Made by a program: the position numbers and the translations under genes
Assembly: GCA_044224875.1 (NCBI GenBank)
Contig: JBGAJQ010000092.1
Coordinates: forward strand, 1 to 17,596
Origin: Gemmatimonadaceae bacterium
GTDB lineage: Bacteria > Gemmatimonadota > Gemmatimonadetes > Gemmatimonadales > Gemmatimonadaceae
Direction: 5' to 3'
DNA length: 17,596 nucleotides
Shown: positions 1 through 8,400 of the stretch, in pieces
Layout of the letters: every line of letters starts with the position of its first letter
How positions within the stretch are numbered: the first letter of the stretch is position 1
The notes under the pieces: generated by a model
What the model saw: only the letters and a program-made list of their open reading frames with translations
Databases searched by the model: none
Told to the model about the DNA's origin: nothing

Positions 1-100
1 CGCCGGTCGAACGAAGGACGAGCGCCCCCCTTCGACGGTCGGCGTGGCGGCTCTCATGCGCCTTGTCTCAGCGTCTGCTAGCAGCTGCAATACCCCAAAC

Positions 101-199
101 CTACCGCGGCCGCTTTGTCGTGATCACGATGACGCCGTTGGAGCCGCGCCCGCCGTACAACGCCGTCTCTGCCGCGTTCCGCAGTACATCAATGCGCGC
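101..199 (-). pseudogene. 3' remnant of a TonB-dependent receptor plug (SusC/RagA-signature) gene
   Basis: Minus strand reads ARIDVLRNAAETALYGGRGSNGVIVITTKRPR-stop, matching the plug signature IEVLKDAxxxAIYGxRGxNGVIVITTK. Upstream of ~200 the frame no longer resembles a plug domain, and the promoter of the next operon follows. Confidence 0.75.
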
Positions 200-259
200 C
201 ATCGTCGACGACGGAACCTCTGCATGCGCCGAGGACCACGCGCGGCATCGTCGACACCG

Positions 260-304
260 TGTCAATACGTCTGTATTGACATTACTGTGCGAACCAGTCA
301 TTCT
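260..304 (+). promoter_or_regulatory. Sigma70-type promoter with overlapping palindromic operator for the 310-1339 operon
   Basis: Perfect inverted repeat TGTCAATAC-gtct-GTATTGACA (260-281). Its right arm contains TTGACA (276-281), followed by a 17-bp spacer and CATTCT (299-304). GTG start at 310 has no RBS, implying a leaderless mRNA. Confidence 0.7.
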
Positions 305-309
305 TCGCC

Positions 310-801
310 GTGGCCGCGAAGACGCACCAACTCCAGGTCCGAGTCACCGCAAAAGAGAAGGCCTTGCTGAAGCGGCACGCCCTCGCCGCCGGCATGGACG
401 TCTCTTCATATGTGTTGGCTCGCGCCTTACCCAGCCTACCGGACACCTTCGGCGCGTTGCTCAGGCGCCTTCGCTCCGGACAGGAGTCGCGTTTCGTCCT
501 CGCCGAGTTGAATGACTTCCTGTACGGCTGTCCGCCGACGGAACTCGCCACCGCCACCGCGCGAAGTGACGTCGCCGGACTACCGTTGCTGCTGCAAAAC
601 TACGTCGCGGCCATGGTAGAGCAGGCGGCTGAACAGAAGTCCCAATCACCGCCCACATGGGTCGCCGACATACCGCCCCTCGCCGAGCCGTTCTTTACCA
701 CAACATTGGTGAACCTGCGCCTACATCTTCTTCAGGCGTCGCCGGTCCCATTCAAGCGGCGGAACATCTTCATCGATTCGGGCGTTGGAGCGCGCGTCTA
801 G
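310..801 (+). CDS. Putative antitoxin/regulator: N-terminal ribbon-helix-helix (DUF1778/MobC-like) plus uncharacterised C-terminal domain
   Basis: 163 aa. KTHQLQVRVTAKEKALLKRHALAAGMDVSSYVLARAL is a typical RHH. C-terminal P-W..PL.EPFF..LR..LL..SP.PFKRRNIFI resembles partners found upstream of DUF6036 nucleotidyltransferases. Directly precedes the NTase gene. Confidence 0.8.
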   Translation: MAAKTHQLQVRVTAKEKALLKRHALAAGMDVSSYVLARALPSLPDTFGALLRRLRSGQESRFVLAELNDFLYGCPPTELATATARSDVAGLPLLLQNYVAAMVEQAAEQKSQSPPTWVADIPPLAEPFFTTTLVNLRLHLLQASPVPFKRRNIFIDSGVGARV

Positions 802-814
802 CGTGCGGGAATCG

Positions 815-1339
815 GTGAAGCTCACCAAGGCCGACATGCTCCGTCTGTTTGACCTCCTGAACGCTGAGCTGGCGGCGGAGGATGATCACGCGGAGTTGTA
901 CCTGGTCGGAGGCGCGGTGATGTGCCTGGTGATGAACGCGCGTGCGTCCACGCGGGATGTAGACGGGTGGTTCAAGCCAGCGTCGCGTGTGCGGGCGGCC
1001 GCGGCCAGAGTCGCGCTACGGGCATCTTTCCCTGAGACGTGGTTGAATGACGCGGTCAAGGGATGGTTATCTGCCCGCGGGACCTTCGATCCGTTTCTCG
1101 AGCGCTCTCACCTACAAGTGTTCGTGGCGCAACCCACGTATCTCCTGGCAATGAAGTGCGTCGCGATGCGGTTGGGCGAGGAATTTCACGACCTGGATGA
1201 CGTGCGGTATCTCCTGCGCTTCTTGAACATCACGACGGTGGACGAGGCCATGAAGATTGTTAGGCAGTATTTCGACGAGTCGCAGATTCCAGCCAAGACT
1301 CGGCTGGCGCTCGAGGAATTGCTGCCGATGCACTCCTGA
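815..1339 (+). CDS. DUF6036/AbiEii-like (DNA pol-beta superfamily) nucleotidyltransferase, putative toxin
   Basis: Motifs LYLVGGAVM..RASTRDVD (GG..RxTxDxD), WLND, YLLAMK..AMR and DLDD. Start placed at GTG 815; GTG 803 and TTG 785 are in-frame alternatives. Confidence 0.85.
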   Translation: MKLTKADMLRLFDLLNAELAAEDDHAELYLVGGAVMCLVMNARASTRDVDGWFKPASRVRAAAARVALRASFPETWLNDAVKGWLSARGTFDPFLERSHLQVFVAQPTYLLAMKCVAMRLGEEFHDLDDVRYLLRFLNITTVDEAMKIVRQYFDESQIPAKTRLALEELLPMHS

Positions 1340-1460
1340 CGCAGCCGGAGGCCGCGACACGCACGTGGCTCGAGCAGGCCCACCAGCTTCATTGCGCGTA
1401 CATCGATTCCTTGATAGATTAAAGATGCGTTGTACGTGTGCGCTATCGATCGAGGCCCTG

Positions 1461-1667
1461 ATGGACGTCGTCACCATTTCGCCCAAGTACCAGGTCGTGA
1501 TTCCGCGCGAGATCCGCGAACGGCTCGGCCTCGAGCCGGGGCAGAAGGTCCAAGCCTTGGCCTACGAGAATCGGATCGAGTTCATTCCGGTCCGGCCGCT
1601 GAAATCCATGCGCGGATTCCTCGCAGGCATCGATACTACCGTTCGCCGAGACCGCGATCGCGTATGA
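1461..1667 (+). CDS. vapB: AbrB/MazE/SpoVT-family antitoxin (VapB-type)
   Basis: 68 aa MDVVTISPKYQVVIPREIRERLGLEPGQKV... carries the swapped-hairpin signature. GAGG RBS lies upstream of ATG 1461; the stop overlaps the toxin start (ATGA at 1664-1667). Confidence 0.92.
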   Translation: MDVVTISPKYQVVIPREIRERLGLEPGQKVQALAYENRIEFIPVRPLKSMRGFLAGIDTTVRRDRDRV

Positions 1668-2071
1668 TCGCGACCGGGAAGCGCGCCGCAAACGTCGTCG
1701 ACTCATCGGCGTGGCTCGAGTACTTGGCCAACGGTCCCAGCGCGACCCGATTCGCCGCAGCCATCGAAGCCGTCGACCGACTCGTCGTCCCGAGCGTCTG
1801 TTTGCTAGAGGTCTTCAAGGTCGTCCTTCGCCAGCGAGGCGAGAGCGACGCGTTGCAAGCCGCCGCCCTCATGCAGCAGGGAACCATCGTCGAGCTGGAC
1901 GCCTCGCTCGCGTTGAGCGCCGCCAAGGTCGGGGTCGATCACAAGTTGCCCCTGGCGGACAGCATCGTATATGCAACCGCGCAACGCGTCGCCGGGACTC
2001 TGTGGACGCAGGACGATGACTTCGATGGCCTCGAAGGCGTTGAGTACGTTCGGAAAGTCGCCGGCAAATAG
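1664..2071 (+). CDS. vapC: VapC PIN-domain ribonuclease toxin
   Basis: 135 aa with PIN acidic motifs NVVDSSAWLEY, CLLEV, LADSIVYATA and LWTQDDDF. Translationally coupled to the antitoxin. Confidence 0.93.
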   Translation: MIATGKRAANVVDSSAWLEYLANGPSATRFAAAIEAVDRLVVPSVCLLEVFKVVLRQRGESDALQAAALMQQGTIVELDASLALSAAKVGVDHKLPLADSIVYATAQRVAGTLWTQDDDFDGLEGVEYVRKVAGK

Positions 2072-2163
2072 CCGCGCCCTCGCGCTCGATGCGGAAATCC
2101 CAGAACCGCTCGCAGGAGGGGACTCCTCACCTCCTCCCCACCTTCGACCGCCAAGGAGGGATC

Positions 2164-2257
2164 AGCGGGGCAACAGGCGGTGCGTCAACAGCGCCTGTGC
2201 TACTGCCCGTCCCAACGCGAGCCCAGCGTCTGTTGAATAGCGAAAGTGATACCCCAA
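2164..2257. repeat. 94-bp direct repeat, copy 1: orphan 3' end of the haloperoxidase-like gene
   Basis: 89/94 identical to 10951-11044 by manual comparison. Minus strand encodes LGYHFRYSTDAGLALGRAVAQALLTHRLLPR-stop, with no homologous upstream part. Confidence 0.95.
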
Positions 2258-2612
2258 GGATAGCACGGCGGTCGCCAAGGAGTACACAGGCACTCGCCTG
2301 GCCGTTGATAGCGTACGCCGCTCAATCGACGAGCAGGTCACTCGGAGCCGAACTGGGCTACAATTGTCGAAACCCCACGCGACACGGCTTTCAAGGAACC
2401 TCTCAGCTCGTATCAAACTCTACTCGCGAGTGATTCGCTAAGGCAGGTTGCTAGTTGTTCTGCGGAGGTGCGCGTGAGTGCAAACTGGCTCGCCTCCGCG
2501 GTCATGACGGAGTCAGTTGCGGATGGAGTCAGGCGGGAGGTTCCGCGCGTTCGGCCGCAGCCAGGTCTGCCCTAAGCTACGGCCGACATGTGACGGGTTT
2601 GACGTCCCCCAT

Positions 2613-4173
2613 CTACTGCACCCTCACATTCCGCGCGATGACATTGTTGCCTTGGTTCGTGTCCGTCTCAACGCCAGCCAGCGTCAGCGAGATCGGGAAC
2701 GTCCCACGCTTGATCGGCAAGACCGTCAGTGAGAACGGCGCTTGATTGCTCAACGGCAACTGTCCGAGCGTACAGCGTAGGGTTGCCGCCAACGGGAGCA
2801 CACGTTGCACCTGACGCACTCAGGAACTTGAAACCCGGCGACGGTGGAATGGTGACGGTAGCACCAGTTGACGTGCCGGGCCCGATGTTGGACTCCAGCA
2901 GCTGCACGACAGCCTGTTGATTCAACACAAACGGTGGTGGCGTGGCGCCAAAAGTGAGGGCCAGATCCGCGCCGGGCGTGGGGTCGCACACATCGCCGAT
3001 ACCATCCTGGTCGAAGTCGGCGTTGTCGGAGCTGGGATAGAAGGGACAGCGATCCACCGCGTCGACGAGTCCGTCGAAGTCGTAGTCGGAGGTATTGGGG
3101 GTATTGGGGACGAGATAGCCGTGGTTGACGACCCATGGTGGAGGCGCGTTCTGCGTGCTGCCGGCGACGTCGCGTGCGTCACTCAGCGATTGAACGAACA
3201 GCTGACCAATATCCCGATCGAGCGGCGTGATCCGACCGTTCGACCAGACGCCGACACCTTCGAGCAAAATGTCACCCGAACTATTGATCGCCACTGGCTT
3301 CCCCGTTATCCACCCCGGTGCAGAAGGGTCTACCAGAGGTGTCGTAACGCCGTTCTTCCAGGATACCGGAGACAACCCTGAGAGCTGTCCCACTACAGTG
3401 CCGTCCTCTCCGACGTCGGAACCGCAGAAGCTCGCTGGCAAAGGTACGGACTGGCCGTTGAACCATAATGCGGAAGGGCGACCGAGGCAGGCCCCGAAAG
3501 TCGGGTCGACTCCGTTCACCAAGACGAATCCAGCATTCGAAATTCGCGTTGCCCACTCGGAAGTGGAGGCAGGGCCAATCGCCTGGGGCACACCGTTTCG
3601 CCACAACACAGCTTGCGAAGTCCCACCCAGCGGTCTGCTGTAACCGACGACGTCCCCACCATCGTTGATGCCATAGGCCGCTGACTCGCAGTCTCTCGGC
3701 AGTGGCGGTAGCTGCGTCATCACGCCGTTGGACCAGCTGAATCCTCGCAGCGGTTGGGCGCACGGGAAGAACTCAGGATAGACAGCAGTGCCAACGGCAA
3801 CACCACTGCTATTCACGTCGTATGTCGTCGACCACAGCCCGGTGCCGTCCGGGCCTGTCATCAAACCCACGTCAGTCATCACCCCAGCGTGCCAGACGAA
3901 ACCATGGTCCTCAGATGTCGCTGTCAATCGGTTCCGCCCGCCTATCCACTGACCGTTCGAGCTGATGGCGTGAGGCTCCACGAACCAGTCCACCCCCGGC
4001 CCCACATCACCCAAATAAATCGTCGTCGGGCTCAACCCACCCCCCGCAACTCGCGACTGCGCACCACTCAATTCACTCAGCTGTCTGGCCGGAGCCAATG
4101 CATCCTCGCGACAACCCGCCAGCACCAACAACGACACGCCCCATCGCATTGCCCTACGCAAACGCGTCCGCAT
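2613..4173 (-). pseudogene. Lipoprotein with HAF-family repeats, TSP3-like Ca-binding repeats and C-terminal DUF11-like Ig domain; one +1 frameshift near 2780-2784 (real or sequencing error)
   Basis: GGAGGGGAG RBS before ATG 4173; lipobox LVLAGC; HAF-like HGFVW, TYDVNSSGVAVG and AYGINDGGDVVG; TSP3-like DFDGLVDAVDRCP..DFDQDGIGDVCD. The C-terminus continues in the 2613-2819 frame (LRCTLGQ...NNVIARNVRVQ) and aligns gaplessly with the paralog at 10423-10779 once one base is removed. Confidence 0.85.
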
Positions 4174-4316
4174 ACGAACTCCCCTCCGTTTTGTTGTGCG
4201 CACGACGCTTTCAGAGACGTTGCTTCACCGACTCGCCCGTGCCATCCGCCGCTCGGGGGAACGCGCAAGATCGCCAGTCAGGACTCTCATTGTATCTCGC
4301 AGCTCAGCAAGGTGCA

Positions 4317-4332
4317 TAGGCCGAACGACCTA
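4317..4332. promoter_or_regulatory. Imperfect palindrome, possible LuxR/NarL-type operator upstream of the HAF lipoprotein gene
   Basis: TAGGCCG-aa-CGACCTA (7-2-7, one mismatch), between the LuxR gene stop (4350) and the lipoprotein start (4173). Confidence 0.4.
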
Positions 4333-4349
4333 ATCACCCGGGACACGCG

Positions 4350-5267
4350 CTAGTCCCGCAGCCGCACGGCCACCTCCGTACGAGTCGACACATCCACGTT
4401 GGCCAACACACGTTCCGTGTGTCGTCGTATGGTGTGCGGACTCAAGCCGAGCAGCGGAGCGATGGCATCGTTCCGCATCCCATTCGCGATCAACACGGCC
4501 ACCTCGGCCTCGCGCTTCGACATCTTCCACTGCTGCATGACGGACTGGGCGTTCGTTGCCGTGAGAGACAACGGCGTGACGGTCACCAGCACATCGGTCT
4601 TCCCGAATAGCACGGCGTGCGTCGCCAGCGCCCCGCACACCCGGTACGACGCCATGCGCGTCTGCACGATCTCATGCGCGCGTGCCGGCTCTTCCTCGGG
4701 GCCCAGCAGACCATCCGTGCCGGCGAGCACCCGGCGGGCGATCGCTCGGACGCGACGGACGACGCGCTCGCCATCTGGGTCCTGCGCGATGAGCGCCGAC
4801 AGCCGCGCGGCCATGTGGATGACGCGTCCCTCGGCGCCGCACACTGCCAGCGCGATGCCTAACGTGTCCATGTCCCGGGCCAGGCGTGCACGATGCTGCC
4901 CCAGCGCGTACAGCAACCCCGTGCCCGCTCGCTGGCTCGGGAGCAGCAACGACAGCAGTTGCTCGCCCTCGCCTTGAAAGCGTGCGGTGCAGTAGGTGTC
5001 GCGATGATGCTCGACACCTCTCGACGCGTGCCTTCGTCATCCAGGTCGTACTCCCGAAACGCGTCGAGGTAGGCCGGCGAGTAATGCGGTGAGCTCAGCT
5101 CCACACCTTCGCCGTGGCGCATTCCGCAGAGCACGGCCGTGCCCTGCACGAGTTCCAGGGTCGCCAACGACACGGCGTTCATGAACGCGGGTGGGCGTTT
5201 CGTGATCGAAAGGCCGGAGCATTGTTTCGCTGGCTCGCTGCAAGAGGCGGCGATCGCGTGCGGTCAA
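4350..5267 (-). pseudogene. LuxR-family C-terminal HTH regulator, disrupted by two frame changes and probably an internal deletion
   Basis: C-terminal MSKREAEVAVLIANGMRNDAIAPLLGLSPHTIRRHTERVLANVDVSTRTEV is a LuxR HTH. Protein-like text runs LTARDRRLLQRASETMLRPFDHETPT, shifts near 5190 to AFMNAVSLATLELV..EYDLDDEGTRR, then shifts near 5020 to HHRDTYCTARFQGEGEQLLSLLLP. The start codon is uncertain. Confidence 0.75.
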
Positions 5268-5401
5268 GTGCAGTTGGCAGGCGCGTGTCTGGGCAAGGGC
5301 ATCGTGACTGCGGGATAGGCTGCAAACCCAACCAATGCGCGGTCAACACCACGTCAGATCCCGGCGTCTGACAGAAGCGGTGGCTGACAATTCGGTCCGC
5401 C

Positions 5402-8400
5402 TCATGGCCACCGCACTTCGGGCGCCACCCCCTCGGACACAAGAAGTGACCCGAGCAGGATCCTTGTTTCGACGCTCCGGCCCGCGAGTTTGACCTGCAC
5501 CGTTTGGGCAAACAGGCCCGGAGCACTCACCGAGAGTGGTTGGCCGTCAATGGCAAGTCCGCACCGCCCGTCAGGGAATAGCTGCAACACCACGGAGAAC
5601 CACCGACCGGTGGGTACGACGGGGGGAGCGGGGAGCACTGGGTCACCCGCGGGCGTTGACATCAGAATTTGTCGCTTGACGTTCGGCCCGACGCCCCACG
5701 GCATGTAGGCGGTGCAGTGCGTTCCCGGAGGAGCGTCCCCGTTGATGTGGTCCCACTCTCGCGTCCTTATGGGATCCGTCACGGAAAACAAACCCACGAG
5801 TTGTTCCTGCCAGCCGCCGATTTCCGTCAGTGGCGCTGAAACCATCGCCTCGATCCAAAGTCCGTCGCGCGCAGGAAACGACGCCTTGGTATATGCCCCA
5901 CTGTAATAGTAGCGGTCACCATTACTGTAGAATGCCGAAGCATTCTCACCCTGCGGCACCGTCAATGGTCGTGGACTCCCGAACGGTACCCAAGCTGAAT
6001 CGAGTCCGTGCTGCCACGTTTCCTCAAAGATCCTTCGGGTCAGGGAAGGCACGACATCGAGCGTCGCCGTCGCGGTCCGCCATCCTCCAGCCGTCACCTC
6101 GAACCGTGCCCGCCCGGGCGCCTGTGGGTGCACAACTCCCAGGGTGTCAATGCGAGCCAGGTTGGTATCCAGAGAACGCCAACGCGCCGCAACGACGTCT
6201 ATCCGGTGCCCGGCCGCATCGGTGCCCGTCGCTCGCAACTGATAGGGTGAACCAACACGGGCCGGGCCGATGCCGGTGGCAATCCGGATCGCGTTCAAGT
6301 ACGGTGGCCGCGGTGAGGACGGAGACCAGACAAACACCACTGGGTCTGGACTCGACACGCGCAAGGTTCGGAACGCAGGCGGGCGCACGAGTGGGAACAC
6401 GATCCAGCGTCGTGCCGCCAGCAGCGGGCCTTCGCAGTCACAGAGGATCCAGCGGCCATCCGGCGACAAAGTGATCGGTCCCGATGCTCGAAAGTCCGAC
6501 GCGACGATGCTATCGGCATCTGTCGGCGACGGATTGGCGGCCACCCTAACGAGTACTGGCACCGAATCGTCACGGACGTACATCAGCCCGTGTGCAGCGT
6601 CTGTCCATCCAAGAAAGCTGGGCGCTCGGCGGTATGGCGCGCGACACCGCTCGTTCTGACCGTCAGCATCGACAACACAGAACGCGTACCCGCCCTTCCA
6701 GAGGACGCGAAGGAACCCAAGTCGCGAACCGTCCGGACTCCAAGCCACGCTCCCATCCCAGCCGTCGACAGTGCTAAGCTGCGTGAAGCGACGCGACAAC
6801 GTATCGTACTTCGTGAGATACAGTCGATCGCGCTGGTTCCACCGCGCCGAACTGAAGACGAATTGGCGACCGTCAGGCGACCATGCGGCATCCTGATCGT
6901 CACCGGGCGTATAGGTCACGCGGCGTTTCTGATCATTGAATGCGATCTCGTACAGGTCATCCACGCCGCTATCCGGTACAGTCGCCCTGGCCAACCATCC
7001 TGTCCCGTCCGGTCTCAGTGACGCGACCTTTGTACCGAGCAGCGATACGCGCCACGTCGAGCGGCCGCGGACGTTGACGTTCCAATCCCCAGCACTCCAC
7101 TCCGCCTCGCGAGCGTGCAATGGAAAAAGTTGCCAGCGCGTGGACGACGAGTCGTAGCGGCCCGCGAGGAGCACAACGTCCGGCTTCGGCACGCGGCGGT
7201 CCAGTAGCCCGGCGACGGCGAGCACGGTGGCAGGCGCGAGAGCTGCAACAAGGAAAGCAGCGGCGATGCGACGCGGTGAAACGAGGCGCGCGCGCACCGT
7301 CATCGGGAGCGAGCGCACCAGCGCAATCGACGCGTCATCCGATGCCGACGCGCCAACAAACTCACGGGCGAGCGACCGGTCCGAACCGGTCTCGCCGTCC
7401 AGCCGTGCGCGTCGAACGAACGTGGCGAAGGCTCGGGCGAGGGTTGCCGCGTCTCCACCTGCCGCCAGCATGTTGCCGATGTGCAGCCAGTCCCAGCGTC
7501 GCCATCGCGCCTCACGTTCCGCCTGACGAAGGCGCGCGACGCCGATACGTAGTGCAGTCCAACGTAGCTCCGCGGCGGTCGCCGTTTCCGACAGCGCGCG
7601 AGTGTACTCATCGTGCGCTCCCGACCACGAGCCCTCGTTCTCGAGTACGAAGCCTCGCAACTGCAGGCCGACCAAGGTCTGGCGTATCGTGATCGCCGCA
7701 CGGTCGCTAGCGACGGCGAGTATCTCCTCAGGTAGCGGCACCCCAGCGGTCGACAGCAAAAGGAGGAGTGTGCGTTCGTCGGTTGAGAGCTGCAACACTC
7801 GCTGAGAGAGCGTGCCGCCGCGGCCAAGAGACTCCAACAGGGCCGACGCATCGGGTGCGCGCCATTCGTCGGTCGCGCGTACGAGCAGACCCCCGTCAAT
7901 GAGGAGTCGCAGTGTCTCCATCACCAGCAGCGGTGACCCAGACGCGGCCTCGCAAAGTGCGTTCGGGAGGCGCTCGCCCCAGGTGGCCGCTGGCAGTGAG
8001 GCGATGCTTAGGAGCAGCGCGTGCACGTCGGTCGCCCCGAAGGGTCGGAGGGGCAAGATAGTCGACGACGACAGTGGCACAACCGCGGGATACGGACGCG
8101 CCGCCGACAGGACCAACAATGAGCCAGACTCCATGCCGTCGACCGCCGCCTGAATCACGCGCGTGGATGCCGGATCGCTCCAGTGCAAGTCGTCGAGCAA
8201 CAAGGCGAGTGACTGCTCGTCGCAAATGGCCTTCAGGAGCTCGCGAACCGCAAGGGTGCGGCGCCGAATGGCGTCGTCACCGGACGACGGGTCAGGCACG
8301 CAGTCGAATTGTGATGCGAGTGCCGGATTCAACGCGACCAACGTCGCCGCCGTCTGTGTCGACACACTCCGTGCACCGCGCAGCTCGCACAGCTTCTGCG

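Noticed and set aside
1..58. Possible minus-strand gene start (MRAATPTVEGGRSSFVRPA) running off the left edge
   Set aside because: Only 19 codons visible, with no recognisable motif or clear RBS.
63..515. Plus-strand ORFs 63-515 and 44-370
   Set aside because: Antisense shadow of the TonB-plug motif and out-of-frame overlap with the RHH gene.
1402..1450. TTGATA and repeated ATCGAT/ATAGAT as vapBC promoter/operator
   Set aside because: Plausible position, but no convincing -10 or clean palindrome.
1257..1663. Long N-terminal extensions of vapB (from 1257) and vapC (from 1430)
   Set aside because: Family homology begins at ATG 1461 and ATG 1664; the RBS and ATGA coupling support the shorter genes.
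2162..2416. 84-aa minus-strand ORF as a real small gene
   Set aside because: Only the last 31 codons are homologous to the haloperoxidase; the rest looks like non-coding read-through.
2258..2612. Intergenic stretch examined for ncRNA, tRNA or CRISPR
   Set aside because: No cloverleaf, repeat-spacer pattern or recognisable RNA motif; only short palindromes expected by chance.
5353..5372. GTCAGA-N8-TCTGAC hairpin after the SARP-STAND gene
   Set aside because: A 6-bp stem without a U-tract is too weak to call.
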